From Thermoplasmata archaeon (GTDB lineage Archaea > Thermoplasmatota > Thermoplasmata > GCA-020350865): a DNA stretch of 64,000 nucleotides. Shown in pieces: positions 38,219 through 49,218 of the stretch (position 1 is its first letter; every line of letters begins with the position of its first letter). The notes below the pieces were generated by a model that had not been told where the DNA came from, made no database searches, and was given only the letters and a program-made list of their open reading frames with translations. Both the position numbers and the translations under genes were made by a program. The DNA is taken from positions 4,985,087-5,049,086 of the forward strand of contig CP070751.1 in NCBI GenBank assembly GCA_020348445.1, in the 5' to 3' direction.

Positions 38219-39409
38219 TTAATGTTCTCTTTTGCTTTTATAATTATCGATTGCCTCAGTGTAGAGATTCTCGAACTTGGAGATCGTGTTTTCAATGGAA
38301 TGTTGCTGTACGATATTCAGGCTCTTTTTGCCCATTTTCCTCTTCAATTTATCATCTGTAAGAATGGTTATCAGGTAATTGGACAGGGCCTTGCTGTCAC
38401 CAGGTTCGAACAAAAATCCGTTTTCGGGATTTTTCACTATTTCGGGCAGGGCATCCTTGTTTGCGGCAACAACAGGAAGCCCCGAGGCCAGGGCCTCCAG
38501 GGTGACTATACTCTGAAGCTCGGATTCTGAGGGGATGGCAAACACATCAGCCATGCAGTATATGTCCGGAAATTCTTCGTGGTCAAGAAATCCCGTGAAC
38601 GTCACATTTTCAGAGATTCCCATCCGGCGGGTCATTTTTTCTATATTCAGTCTCTCCCTTCCGGAGCCGCATATCACGAAATGGGCATCAACTGAATTAA
38701 GCACAGTGGGCATTGCGGATACCAACACATCCAATCGTTTTTCACCAGATATCCTTCCTGTGTACAGTATTATCGGTTTGTCGGGTATGGAGTGCCTTTC
38801 CCTAAGATAATCTGCATCATTGTCCGGTTTAAAGATACCCAAATCTATACCACTTGAAATAGGCCTTGCTGGGGCGGTAAAACCGTGGCTTTTCAGCATA
38901 TCTATGGCGGTCTGGGTTGGTGATGTGACGTAATCGCATCTGTTGAAGACGTTCCTTATGTAGTACCAAGCCAATCTCTCGAGGATTCCAAACAGAAATT
39001 TGGCCTTCTCCACAGTCATGAGCATGTTCTCGGGCTGGACATGGACCGTGCCTATGACAGGTATGCCTTCCTTCTTTCCCCAGGCCAATGCACACATCCC
39101 TATCTGATAGGGCGAGTTCATATCAATTACATCGGGTGCGAATTCCCTGATGATCCTCCTCACTTCCCACAGGGGGAATGGGCAAAACTTGTAATCAAAG
39201 TAGAGGGGTAAGGTTCTTCCTGAAACACGAAATACCTTGATTCCATCAACCTCTTCTTCGTAGTTCTTGGGATATAGACCCGGGGCCACAACAGCAACCT
39301 CATGGCCTTTTCTTTTAAGTCGGATGGCAAGATTCCGCCTGGCCTGAGCACCTCCGTCGACATTTGGATAATAGGACTCCGTAGCCAGTAATACCCTCAT
39401 TTGTGCCAT
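38219..39409 (-). CDS. GT4-family glycosyltransferase (MGDG-synthase-like)
   Basis: ESYYPNVDG, GRISGEKR and ELQSIVTLEALASGLPVV motifs; AGGAGG SD before ATG 39409. Confidence 0.92.
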   Translation of the reverse strand: MAQMRVLLATESYYPNVDGGAQARRNLAIRLKRKGHEVAVVAPGLYPKNYEEEVDGIKVFRVSGRTLPLYFDYKFCPFPLWEVRRIIREFAPDVIDMNSPYQIGMCALAWGKKEGIPVIGTVHVQPENMLMTVEKAKFLFGILERLAWYYIRNVFNRCDYVTSPTQTAIDMLKSHGFTAPARPISSGIDLGIFKPDNDADYLRERHSIPDKPIILYTGRISGEKRLDVLVSAMPTVLNSVDAHFVICGSGRERLNIEKMTRRMGISENVTFTGFLDHEEFPDIYCMADVFAIPSESELQSIVTLEALASGLPVVAANKDALPEIVKNPENGFLFEPGDSKALSNYLITILTDDKLKRKMGKKSLNIVQQHSIENTISKFENLYTEAIDNYKSKREH

Positions 39410-39573
39410 ACCTCCTAATATAAAATCCAATCTTTTGTTATTGGTTTTCAATCCTTACTCTCTTGAGGTTGTTTCTCCCAAGATACCCGTAAGCTCCATC
39501 CGTAATTTCAATACGTTGGGTTCATAATAAGGTCATATAATATAAATTTATCCTAAAAAAGTTATATAAGACC

Positions 39574-41010
39574 TCAGAAATCTGTTAGGTTTTTCTGGCG
39601 TTTATCAGGGATTTTCGCCTCCTTTTCCTCCATTTTCTTATCCTTCTTCTTGATATCCTTGGGAAAGGTCTCAATCTGTTTGGCATCTTCTTTCTTCTTT
39701 TCCTCAGCCTTCTTACCCTCCTCTATTCTCTGTTTTACAGCCTGTGAATCGCTATCTTCCTCAAGAATATAGGCGATTTCATCGGCATCCAGTTTCAATT
39801 TTAAAATTGCCCAGGAGGAAAAATCTTGGTCATTTTCGAAAAGGTACTTGAAATATGGGAATATAGAGGTTTGGGTCACGTATCTGGAGGTGTGGCAGGA
39901 GGAAGAGATTTTATCAAAAAGGGATTTTTGCACCGCCCGAATTCCCCTTGTCTTGCTCATGGTCTTAAGCCAGGATGGAAATTGATACCTTGTATAGCCA
40001 TAGTATGGATTCGTCTTGGAGAGGGCCACACCAGCTGTCATGAGGTCATTTGCATAACCCCATAGCTTGTAGTGCTGCCTTCTTCTGACCCTGCCTAGAT
40101 AGATACTGGCTTTTGATAGTGGCGAGTAAGCGTCAGCCAGATCCTCGGATCTTTTATATTCCAAGGGAAGATTCTCATCTATCCAGAGAATGAGATGCTC
40201 AGGGTCCTCATCGAGGTTATAGATGCTTTCTTTTGCCCTGCTGTAGCTCGTTGCCCTGAATATTCCGGTTAGGGCCTTGAAAATATTGATGCTGGAGTCC
40301 CTATAACCAAGCACTGTCACATCCTTTTCTGAAATCTTCTTTTTCCCAAGACACAGCGACTCGAGATCGTTTACAGCAGACCTCAGATCACCGTTCGCAT
40401 GTTCTGCTAAGGCATTCAAGGTCTCGTTTGTGACTGTTATGTCTTCCTTTTGGCATATGCTTCTTAGCACCTTGACAATGGATGATTTTTGGATCCTTGA
40501 AAACTTGATCTTAAGGCACATCTTATCCAGTGCTGGCGCTCTTCTTATCAAGGCATAATGGTCGTTTACGATGAGAACTATGGGTTGTTGGGTTTCCCGG
40601 ATGGTGGATACAATTGCCTGAACACCGCCGTAATCCTCCTTTCCAAAGATATTGTCAGCCTCGTCGAGAATGATGAGCTTTCTCCCGCCGTGTTTTACAG
40701 ATATGTACTCACCTGAGTCCGTGAATGTTTCGTGCAGGGCACCGGAAGTCGCAACACTTCGAATGGCATCTGCATTTCTTAGATCCGATGCGTTCATCTC
40801 GACAGCTCCCCACCCAAATTCCCTGGCAAGTGCCAGTGCGCTCGAGGTTTTTCCGCAACCAGGATCGCCTAAAAGCACGCATGCCTTCTTCTTTGGCTGC
40901 CCCCGCTCCCAGGATCCGGCCCAGGACTTGAGGGTATTTACGGCACTGGGATTACCCACCACGTCATCCAATGTTCTTGGCCTGTACTTCTCTGTCCAAT
41001 CTATGCTCAT
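39574..41010 (-). CDS. rfcL: Replication factor C large subunit
   Basis: WTEKYRP, GDPGCGKT, EMNASD, ILDEAD and GDLRSA motifs. Confidence 0.95.
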   Translation of the reverse strand: MSIDWTEKYRPRTLDDVVGNPSAVNTLKSWAGSWERGQPKKKACVLLGDPGCGKTSSALALAREFGWGAVEMNASDLRNADAIRSVATSGALHETFTDSGEYISVKHGGRKLIILDEADNIFGKEDYGGVQAIVSTIRETQQPIVLIVNDHYALIRRAPALDKMCLKIKFSRIQKSSIVKVLRSICQKEDITVTNETLNALAEHANGDLRSAVNDLESLCLGKKKISEKDVTVLGYRDSSINIFKALTGIFRATSYSRAKESIYNLDEDPEHLILWIDENLPLEYKRSEDLADAYSPLSKASIYLGRVRRRQHYKLWGYANDLMTAGVALSKTNPYYGYTRYQFPSWLKTMSKTRGIRAVQKSLFDKISSSCHTSRYVTQTSIFPYFKYLFENDQDFSSWAILKLKLDADEIAYILEEDSDSQAVKQRIEEGKKAEEKKKEDAKQIETFPKDIKKKDKKMEEKEAKIPDKRQKNLTDF

Positions 41011-41142
41011 CGATACCTAAAAGGCGTTGCTCGATTAATAATTTAGTGGTTTTGGGATTATTTAATATATATATATGACTGTGATTTATGAACAGGAGAA
41101 AACCTTTTATAAAAGTAGTCAAAATATATTCTATTACAGTTC

Positions 41143-41670
41143 TTGAACTTAAAGGAATTAGAATGCGAGGACATATTAATGGTCCCTAAAAATCATGCCC
41201 AGGATAATAAGATAATCATAATTGCTTTGCTCATAGCTATTGCTACTTCAGCAATAATATTGGTATACTCCATTAAAACTGGCCCTACCTCATCCCCTTT
41301 CCCAATAAAAGAAGACAAAGAAGATCCCGGTCTTTTGCCCTGCGGGGGAGATGAAGCGGTTATTATGCTTGAAAAAGTAGAATTTAATGATACTACTAAA
41401 ATTAGATATATAGATATAGGAAAGAGTGATTTAGAAAACTATACATTACTCGCCAATGCGTTAGATGCCTATAACAACACAGATAAATATCAAGATGCAT
41501 TCATGTATGAAAATACCACTCTTTTTTTTAACACAACTGGTTACTATGCTGAGCCATTAATGGATTATTTACATGGAAGATTCTTTAAAAAATATTTAGA
41601 GTACATTGATTCTCCTTATATTATTAAATATAATAAAATATATTATTCTCTTTCAATGGGAATAGCTTAG
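41143..41670 (+). CDS. Hypothetical membrane-anchored protein, markedly AT-rich
   Basis: 175-aa ORF with a single N-terminal TM; A/T-ending codons dominate. Confidence 0.6.
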   Translation: MNLKELECEDILMVPKNHAQDNKIIIIALLIAIATSAIILVYSIKTGPTSSPFPIKEDKEDPGLLPCGGDEAVIMLEKVEFNDTTKIRYIDIGKSDLENYTLLANALDAYNNTDKYQDAFMYENTTLFFNTTGYYAEPLMDYLHGRFFKKYLEYIDSPYIIKYNKIYYSLSMGIA

Positions 41671-41715
41671 ATATTATTTTTCGATGAAAATTATCGATAT
41701 CAAAAACCATTTGTA

Positions 41716-42198
41716 TTGACACTATCATACTCCTTCGGCGATAATATGACACATCGAGGTATGATCGAAAAACGAGTAATAGATAGCGAAGGCACCGAGC
41801 TTGGGGTGGTCTCAAAGGTTGAGGATGAATATATAGAGATCTCGGAAGGACTTTTTGACGAGCTGCTTTTAAAAAAATCCTTTATAGGTAAAGAGGAAGA
41901 GGAGGAGGTCATCCTCAAGGCTAAAATTCACACACTTTTAGAAGGCCTGGATGTTAAGGGATCAAATGAAGAGAGTATAGGCAAGGTCAAGGAAACTGTT
42001 TTAGCAGGGGATGTGCTGGACTCCTTGATATTGGAAACAAAGGATAATACCTTTTTATTTGTTACCTTGGAAGAGATATTCAAGATCGATGAAACAATAA
42101 CTCTGGACATAGATTTAGATGAGGTAAAATACAGGCAAAAGACGCACACCCTAAGGGATCATATCAGACATTATCTGCAAAAAAAACGGGCACTTTGA
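41716..42198 (+). CDS. Tandem PRC-barrel domain protein
   Basis: Two repeats: VIDSEGTELGVVSKV and VKGSNEESIGKVKET. The true start may be ATG 41746. Confidence 0.7.
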   Translation: MTLSYSFGDNMTHRGMIEKRVIDSEGTELGVVSKVEDEYIEISEGLFDELLLKKSFIGKEEEEEVILKAKIHTLLEGLDVKGSNEESIGKVKETVLAGDVLDSLILETKDNTFLFVTLEEIFKIDETITLDIDLDEVKYRQKTHTLRDHIRHYLQKKRAL

Positions 42199-42217
42199 AT
42201 CTGGCTCTTTTATGTCT

Positions 42218-42391
42218 TCAGGTCTCCCTCAAGACAGATATGGGTAGAACTCCATTTTCGAATTCCAACTCCGAAATTATAACAGGGTCTATGATATCCT
42301 TACCCAGTTTCAAAAGCACCGGGGCTCCCATAGTGATCTGAAGTGCTCTTGCGCCGATCATCCGGGCTTTTTCGAATCTTGTGTACTTCAT
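42218..42391 (-). CDS. rpoK: DNA-directed RNA polymerase subunit K (Rpo6)
   Basis: YTRFEKARMIGARALQITMGAP...ELENGVLPI. Confidence 0.97.
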   Translation of the reverse strand: MKYTRFEKARMIGARALQITMGAPVLLKLGKDIIDPVIISELEFENGVLPISVLRET

Positions 42392-42533
42392 AATTATAAA
42401 CACGTCTCCCGCTGTGCTTTTTGCCAAATCTTAAATGAACTTCTCCCCTTGATGCCATGGGGTATATCGTCCTGGTTTTTAAGACTGTCGCCTTTAATTG
42501 TCATCGGTTTTTCATCCCTTTCCCCTTGTTGTA

Positions 42534-43097
42534 CTACTCCATTATGAAAATCGCAGCTGTGATGACCGTGGTCCACAACCCCTTCCGGTCACATACCGCG
42601 GATTGAACGATGTTCCTGGTTTTAACTATCCGGCCATCGATTTTGAAGATCTCCTTTTTTTCGTCGTATGTGGCGTCAATATCAAAGGGTATACCAAGTG
42701 TGGAGGCAAGCATCTCTGCTGCCAGATCCTCGGCGTACTCTCCTGCCTCCTTCTCGTTCTGACCAAATGAATGATGCTCTGAAAGATAGCCGTACTGATT
42801 GACGTCAATAGGTATGGCGCATCCGATTGAGGAGGCCATGAGCCTGCCCGGCTCGTTGGAGCTGTTCTGGCTCATCACAGCATAGACGATCTGTCCAGGG
42901 ACCAAGAGCTCAAGACCTTTTTGTTTTGATATGATCATGCACCCTGGGGGTAGGATGGAGGATACAGTGACTATGTTGAACTTCTCGATTCCTGCACTTC
43001 TTAATGCAAGCTCAAAGCTGTTCAGTTTCTCCTTATGCACACCAATACCTTTTGTAAAAAATAGTTTCTTTGGAACATCCAAGGAGGGGTTACCCAT
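42534..43097 (-). CDS. pdaD: Pyruvoyl-dependent arginine decarboxylase
   Basis: [25 protein letters not shown] (Ser-Ser self-cleavage site); YGYLSEHH. Confidence 0.92.
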   Translation of the reverse strand: MGNPSLDVPKKLFFTKGIGVHKEKLNSFELALRSAGIEKFNIVTVSSILPPGCMIISKQKGLELLVPGQIVYAVMSQNSSNEPGRLMASSIGCAIPIDVNQYGYLSEHHSFGQNEKEAGEYAEDLAAEMLASTLGIPFDIDATYDEKKEIFKIDGRIVKTRNIVQSAVCDRKGLWTTVITAAIFIME

Positions 43098-43264
43098 GTC
43101 AACGCAGATAAATCTTTGATTATTTAAAAATTATCATCATGATATCCCACCACTTAATGCCCCAAAATAGGCTTTTTACACCGCAAACAACAGAGAATTT
43201 ACAAACAAATTAAAAAACCTCAAACCAAATCATTTTTCTATAACTTCGATTATATGCGCATTCG

Positions 43265-44215
43265 GTGTTGCAAATGTCAGAATTTCTTGGACATCGGGTG
43301 GAAGATATCAGCCTGTCGAGGGAAACAAAAATAGATGAAATGGTCCTTCAAATGCTCAACTCGGGAGGCTTTTCTGCCAAGAAGGTCGGGGTTGCCGCCA
43401 ATGTGCTTGCGAACATGCAAAAGGAGGAGGAATGTTTAAGATTCCTTTCTTTTCCGGCATGCATCGTGGCCACAGGAGCAAGAGGAATAATCAAGGATCT
43501 TTTGAAAAAAAAGATGTTCGATTGCGTGATAACAACATGCGGCACCTTGGACCATGATATCGCAAGAACGAAAAAAGACTATTATCACGGGGAATTCAAT
43601 GTGGATGATATATCATTGCATAAACAGGGTATTAACCGCCTTGGTAACATATTCATACCAAACGAGAGCTACGGTGTTGTTTTGGAGGAGCTTGTGCAAC
43701 CCATTCTAAAGGAGCTCTGGGATACGGATAGAAAAAAATGGGCAACAAGCGAATTGATTGCGGAATTCGGCAGGAGGTTGGATGATGAGAATTCAATTAT
43801 CTACTGGGCACAGAAGAACGATATACCTGTATTCGTTCCTGGAATAACGGACGGTGCATTTGGAAGCCAGTTGTGGATGTTCTATCAGAATCAAAGGGAT
43901 TTCACAATCGATGTTTTTTCTGATGAGCAGAGAATATCTGATATGGTGTTTATTGCCAAAAAAACCGGTGGGCTGTTGATAGGGGGCGGAATATCAAAGC
44001 ATCATACCATCTGGTGGAATCAGTTTCGGGACGGTTTGGACTATGTCGTTTATATAACGACTGCCCAGGAGTACGACGGCAGCCTGTCCGGAGCCAAAAT
44101 CAATGAGGCCATCTCCTGGGGCAAGGTCAGAGAGGATGCCAAGCATGTAACGGTGGAGGGAGATGCCACAGTTATTTTACCGTTACTTTATGGCGCGATT
44201 TTGAACAGGGTTTAA
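43265..44215 (+). CDS. dys: Deoxyhypusine synthase
   Basis: TTCGTLDHD, GINRLGN, PGITDG, GGGISKHH and YDGSLSGA...EAISWGK motifs. Confidence 0.96.
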   Translation: MLQMSEFLGHRVEDISLSRETKIDEMVLQMLNSGGFSAKKVGVAANVLANMQKEEECLRFLSFPACIVATGARGIIKDLLKKKMFDCVITTCGTLDHDIARTKKDYYHGEFNVDDISLHKQGINRLGNIFIPNESYGVVLEELVQPILKELWDTDRKKWATSELIAEFGRRLDDENSIIYWAQKNDIPVFVPGITDGAFGSQLWMFYQNQRDFTIDVFSDEQRISDMVFIAKKTGGLLIGGGISKHHTIWWNQFRDGLDYVVYITTAQEYDGSLSGAKINEAISWGKVREDAKHVTVEGDATVILPLLYGAILNRV

Positions 44216-44220
44216 TATTT

Positions 44221-45000
44221 TTAAATCTCTATTTCCTCACCGAGATTTACCCTCATACCATCCTGGGCTGCCATGGTATCCACACCCGACTCTTCTTGTA
44301 TCCACTTGGCAATGGACTCAGGGCCCGCATCTATTGCACGAAGACCGAAATGGGTAAGCAGTGCCTTTTCAGGCCGAACCTCTTTTAGAATAATTACCGC
44401 ATCTTCGGGAGAAAGATGATGATGGAGTCTGATGCCAATGGGGGTGGTAAGAGCCAATATAAGAAGACGCGATTCATCATAGAATTTTATAACGTCCTCA
44501 TTTATCGAGGTATCTCCAGTATACGTTATTATACCGTTTTTGGTTTGTATCCTAAATCCAACACCCGATGGATCAGTGTGAATGGTGGAGGTGGCTGAAA
44601 TTTGAATATCATCTATTGAAAATGTCTCGGCCGATTTGGCAACATGGACGTTAGCAAGATGTGAAAGATGGTAGTCTGAGGCCTTTGGCTGAAAACCTTC
44701 GATTCCAGAAATCACGCTCTCGCTTGCTATTATGGTTCCGCATTTTTGTGTGCATCCAGATGTCATTGCCTCGATTAACACATCCACATCTGTATAATGG
44801 TCCGGATGGCAGTGGGACACCAGTAAAAGATCTATTTTAGTTGGATCGATTCCCTCCTGTCTCATCCTAAGGATTGCACCAGGGCCAGGGTCCAGGGAAA
44901 TATTTATGCTATCCTCGATAAAAATTCCTCCTGTGCTTCTGGTTTGATAGATGGTTGCGAATCTACCACCGCAGGTGCCAAGAAAGGTGATCAGTGTCAT
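44221..45000 (-). CDS. Metallo-beta-lactamase-fold hydrolase
   Basis: DPGPG, SHCHPDH (HxHxDH), YTGDT and LTHF motifs. Confidence 0.9.
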   Translation of the reverse strand: MTLITFLGTCGGRFATIYQTRSTGGIFIEDSINISLDPGPGAILRMRQEGIDPTKIDLLLVSHCHPDHYTDVDVLIEAMTSGCTQKCGTIIASESVISGIEGFQPKASDYHLSHLANVHVAKSAETFSIDDIQISATSTIHTDPSGVGFRIQTKNGIITYTGDTSINEDVIKFYDESRLLILALTTPIGIRLHHHLSPEDAVIILKEVRPEKALLTHFGLRAIDAGPESIAKWIQEESGVDTMAAQDGMRVNLGEEIEI

Positions 45001-45269
45001 GTAATTTCGGTTCAGGGTATAGTGGATGGATTATTAATGCTTGGTGATAGAGTGCCAAAAAATTAGTTATATCAAAATCGTTGCTAATTCAGCCAATCCA
45101 ATATTTTATTATCTAGATTGTCGAGTGTTTTTTTCTATTTACCGCCAGTAATTTTCCCTTAATAATGCAAAGTTTTATAATAATATATATAATTCCCCCT
45201 ATCCCCCACAAAACAAGGAAAAAAACCAAGGGTAAGTTAAAAAAAACATATTATGTTCATGGTGATAGA

Positions 45270-47588
45270 ATGAAGACAATAGTATGGGCCAATGAAGTGG
45301 ATAAAAAGAGCATTCCTCAGGTGGGAGGAAAAGGAGCAAACTTAGGAGAGATGTTGAATGTTGATTTACCAATTCCGCAGGCTTTTATTGTGACTGCGGA
45401 TGCGTTCGAGCATTTTATTACGACAGTTGGCATCAAAGACGAGATAATCAATATCCTTTCCAAGGTCAAGGTTGACGACGAAAAAAGCTTGACCTCTAGC
45501 TCCAAAGCCGTAAGAGAGGTTGTAAGAAGTGCGAAGATTCCTTGGAATCTGGAAGTAGACATAGTAGGAGCATACAAGAAATTAAGCGAGATAGCAGGGG
45601 ACAAGGAAACGTTCGTTGCTGTTCGGTCCAGCGCCACAGCAGAGGACCTACCTGAAGCCTCATTTGCAGGCCAGCAGGAGACATTCCTGAATGTGCATAC
45701 CAAAGAGGATCTGTTGGACAAGGTAAGAGAATGCTGGGGATCTCTTTACACACCAAGAGCAATATTTTACAGGGAGAAGCAGGGCTTTGCCCATGAGGAT
45801 GTCAAGTTGGCTGTCGTGGTTCAGAGAATGGTCCACTCAGAGGTCTCAGGTGTGATGTTCTCTTCTGATCCCAGTACAGGTGCTCCAGAGGTTTTAATAG
45901 AGGCCGGTTTCGGGCTTGGTGAGGCCATCGTGGGGGGACAGATCACCCCTGACACATACAAGGTTTCGCAGGACATCTTGGAGATACTGGCAAAGAAGGT
46001 CTCCAAACAGACCTGGATGTACGCAAAAAATGAGGCTGGCGACACCCAAAAGATCGAGATTCCCGAGGAGTACCAACAAGCACAGAAACTATCAGACGAG
46101 CAGATCATTGCCCTAGCAGAGGTCGGGGTACGCATAGAACGCCATTACAACGAACCAATGGACATAGAATGGTGTATAGAGGACAGCGACATATACATAG
46201 TTCAGGCTCGACCTGTTACAACCATCAGAGAATCTGCACCAGCCGAGGCAAAAGAAGAGGACCGTGCAGAGACCAAAGAGTTAAACGTTTTGACAAAGGG
46301 AATGCCCGCCTCCCCAGGAATCGCAAGTGGGTCTGTCAGGCTTATCGCAGACGAGACAGAGCTAGAAAAGATAAAGGAAGGAGACATACTCGTTACAGTG
46401 ATGACCACACCTGACATGGTACCTGCAATGAGAAGGGCTAACGCAATTGTTACTGACGAAGGAGGTATGACCTGTCACGCCGCTATTGTCTCAAGGGAGC
46501 TGCAGATCCCGTGCATAGTGGGAACCACGGATGCCACGCAGGTCCTTTCTGATGAGATGGAGATCACCGTGGACGCAGACAAAGGCAGGGTCTACGAGGG
46601 AATAATAAAGATGAAGGGCAAGGCAAAGGAAGAGGTTGCAGCAGCAGGTGTAGTGGCATCTTATGTTCCTATAACAGCCACGAAGGTCTATATGAACCTG
46701 GCGGTGCCCAGTCTCGGGGAGAAGTATTCGAAGCTCCCTGCGGACGGTGTGGGGCTCTTTCGAATTGAACTTGCACTTACCGACGATATTGGTGAACATC
46801 CCATGAACTTCGTTAAGGAGGGCAGGGAACAGGAGTTTATAGACAAACTGGCTGAGGCTATACAACAAGTTGCCCAACCCATGTTCCCAAGACCAGTTGT
46901 GGTAAGAACATCAGATTTCAGAACACATGAATTCAGGGGCCTTAAAGGGGGAGATGAAATCGAGCCTGTTGAGGAGAATCCGTTTATTGGCTGGCGCGGC
47001 TGTTCCAAGTACGTATCCACATACGAGCCCGCTTTCAGACTGGAGATTCGGGCACTGAAGAAGGTCCGAGAGGAATTTGGTCTAAAGAATGTATACATGA
47101 TGGTGCCCTTCGTCAGGTTGCCCAGTGAGCTTAAAAGGATCAACGAACTTCTGGAGGAGGAAGGACTGAAAAGAGACAACGATTTCAAATTCTGGATGAT
47201 GGCCGAAGTACCTTCCAACATATTAATGGTGAAGGAATTTGCACAGTACTGCGATGGTTTCTCCATCGGCTCCAACGATCTCACCATGCTGATTATGGGC
47301 GCCGACAGGGATTCTCAGATTCTAGGCAACTTGGGTTACTTCGACGAGCGAATACCTGCCGTGCAAAGGGCTATTGCCATGCTTGTAAAAGAGGCCCATG
47401 AAGAGGGAAAGACTGTGTCCATCTGCGGGCAGGGTCCTTCTGTATATCCGGAGTTCACTGAGTTTTTAGTGAAGTGTGGCATCGACAGCATCAGTGTGAA
47501 TCCAGACACAGTGGAGAACACAAAAAGACTGGTTGCAAGTGTGGAGCAGAAGATGCTGTTGCAGAGGGTCAGAAAACTAGAGGATTGA
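45270..47588 (+). CDS. ppsA: Phosphoenolpyruvate synthase (pyruvate, water dikinase)
   Basis: VGGKGANLGEM, AVRSSATAEDLPEASFAGQQET, TCHAAIVSRE and FSIGSNDLT motifs; GGTGA SD before ATG 45270. Confidence 0.97.
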   Translation: MKTIVWANEVDKKSIPQVGGKGANLGEMLNVDLPIPQAFIVTADAFEHFITTVGIKDEIINILSKVKVDDEKSLTSSSKAVREVVRSAKIPWNLEVDIVGAYKKLSEIAGDKETFVAVRSSATAEDLPEASFAGQQETFLNVHTKEDLLDKVRECWGSLYTPRAIFYREKQGFAHEDVKLAVVVQRMVHSEVSGVMFSSDPSTGAPEVLIEAGFGLGEAIVGGQITPDTYKVSQDILEILAKKVSKQTWMYAKNEAGDTQKIEIPEEYQQAQKLSDEQIIALAEVGVRIERHYNEPMDIEWCIEDSDIYIVQARPVTTIRESAPAEAKEEDRAETKELNVLTKGMPASPGIASGSVRLIADETELEKIKEGDILVTVMTTPDMVPAMRRANAIVTDEGGMTCHAAIVSRELQIPCIVGTTDATQVLSDEMEITVDADKGRVYEGIIKMKGKAKEEVAAAGVVASYVPITATKVYMNLAVPSLGEKYSKLPADGVGLFRIELALTDDIGEHPMNFVKEGREQEFIDKLAEAIQQVAQPMFPRPVVVRTSDFRTHEFRGLKGGDEIEPVEENPFIGWRGCSKYVSTYEPAFRLEIRALKKVREEFGLKNVYMMVPFVRLPSELKRINELLEEEGLKRDNDFKFWMMAEVPSNILMVKEFAQYCDGFSIGSNDLTMLIMGADRDSQILGNLGYFDERIPAVQRAIAMLVKEAHEEGKTVSICGQGPSVYPEFTEFLVKCGIDSISVNPDTVENTKRLVASVEQKMLLQRVRKLED

Positions 47589-47743
47589 GTTCTTACTAAC
47601 TCCTTAGAAAATCACTGGAACATAGACGATCGTCGAATTTAAAATAGCCATTGTGTGAAAAATGTTATATATGCTAGAGGCGATTTAAGCCTGAATATCT
47701 AAGGGGGAATTTACAGTTCTCTTATAATAAATAGGACGGAGGT

Positions 47744-49021
47744 ATGAATATGGAAAAATCATCTAAGATATCTGGGTTCTACAAGTTGAGCCCAAAGGAG
47801 AGATTGGAGAAGATTAAGGATTTTTGTGACTTAACTGAGGAGGAGATTGTTGCACTAGAAAAAACAGGTTCCCTTGACATGGAGCAGGCGGACAGGATGA
47901 TAGAGAACGTTGTTGGTACCTTTGAGTTGCCTGTGGGTATAGCCGTGAACTTCCAAATCAATGGCAAGGACTACCTGATCCCCATGGCCATCGAGGAACC
48001 TTCAGTTGTTGCAGCGGCCTCAAACGCCGCTAAGATGGCGCGGCCGAAGGGAGGATTTCAGACAAGCAATACAGGTCCTATAATGATCGGGCAGATCCAG
48101 CTTGTGAACATCAGGGATCCCTACGGCGCCAAGATGACGATTTTGGCTCACAAGGATGAGATTCTGAAATTGGCAAATGAGCAGGACCCAGTGCTCGTAA
48201 AATTCGGAGGAGGAGCCAAAGACCTTGAGGTCAGGGTCGTGGACACGATCAAGGGTCCAATGGTGGTAAACCATCTCCTTGTTGACTGCAGGGATGCCAT
48301 GGGTGCCAATGCCGTGAACACCATGGCTGAAGCGGTGGCACCCTTAATAGAGAAGATAACTGGAGGTAGAGTATATCTCAGGATAATATCTAACCTAGCA
48401 ATCTACAGACTCGCAAGGGCGAAAGCTGTATTTGAAAAGGAGGGCCTAGGGGGCGAGGATGTAGTGGATGGTGTTATTGAAGCGTACAGCCTGGCGGCGG
48501 CTGATCCCTATAGATGTGCCACCCACAACAAGGGAATAATGAACGGTGTTTCGGCTGTGGTCAGGGCAACTGGCAACGACACAAGGGCTGTTGAAGCGGG
48601 AGCTCATTCATACGCATCCATATCAGGTCATTATTCACCTCTGACGGTGTGGGAGAAAAACGCAGACGGTGATTTAGTCGGGACCATTGAGATTCCAACA
48701 GCGGTGGGTCTCATCGGTGGGGCAACGAAGACACATCCCACGGCAAAAGCGGCTGTTAAAATTCTTGGAGTGAAGACTGCACAGGAGCTTGGTGAGATTC
48801 TCGCTGCAGTTGGTCTTGCACAGAACCTGGGAGCATTAAGAGCCTTGGCGACCGAGGGAATTCAGAAGGGTCACATGGCATTGCATGCAAGGAATATAGC
48901 GATTATGGCGGGCGCTGGAAAAGATATCGTAGATGAGGTTGTCAAGAAGCTTGTTGAGAGGGGAAAGATAAGGGTGGACATCGCAAAGGAAATAATCGAT
49001 GAGATTACGAAGGGAAAATAG
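47744..49021 (+). CDS. mvaA: Class II (bacterial-type) HMG-CoA reductase
   Basis: [32 protein letters not shown] and [10 protein letters not shown] motifs. Confidence 0.95.
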   Translation: MNMEKSSKISGFYKLSPKERLEKIKDFCDLTEEEIVALEKTGSLDMEQADRMIENVVGTFELPVGIAVNFQINGKDYLIPMAIEEPSVVAAASNAAKMARPKGGFQTSNTGPIMIGQIQLVNIRDPYGAKMTILAHKDEILKLANEQDPVLVKFGGGAKDLEVRVVDTIKGPMVVNHLLVDCRDAMGANAVNTMAEAVAPLIEKITGGRVYLRIISNLAIYRLARAKAVFEKEGLGGEDVVDGVIEAYSLAAADPYRCATHNKGIMNGVSAVVRATGNDTRAVEAGAHSYASISGHYSPLTVWEKNADGDLVGTIEIPTAVGLIGGATKTHPTAKAAVKILGVKTAQELGEILAAVGLAQNLGALRALATEGIQKGHMALHARNIAIMAGAGKDIVDEVVKKLVERGKIRVDIAKEIIDEITKGK

Positions 49022-49154
49022 TTACTACTCCAATTTTTTTTATATTTTTTTTTAGACAATCGAATATTGAAATAACGCTCACCTTCTTCCTCCACACGCT
49101 TTAGATTTTTCATATCGATATTTATTAGATTCTTAATTGACATAATGTCCTATG

Positions 49155-49218
49155 AAAAAAATAATGGAGCCGACGGGGAGATCTGAACCCGCCTTTTTCT
49201 TTGGGGCAAAAATCTCCG
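49155..49218 (-). repeat. Duplicate of the tRNA-Thr 3' end plus flank (att-like scar) preceded by a degenerate T-arm/intron-like sequence
   Basis: AAAAAAATAATGGAGCCGACGGGGAGAT is identical at 49155-49182 and 49456-49483 (28 bp, offset 301). Confidence 0.85.
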
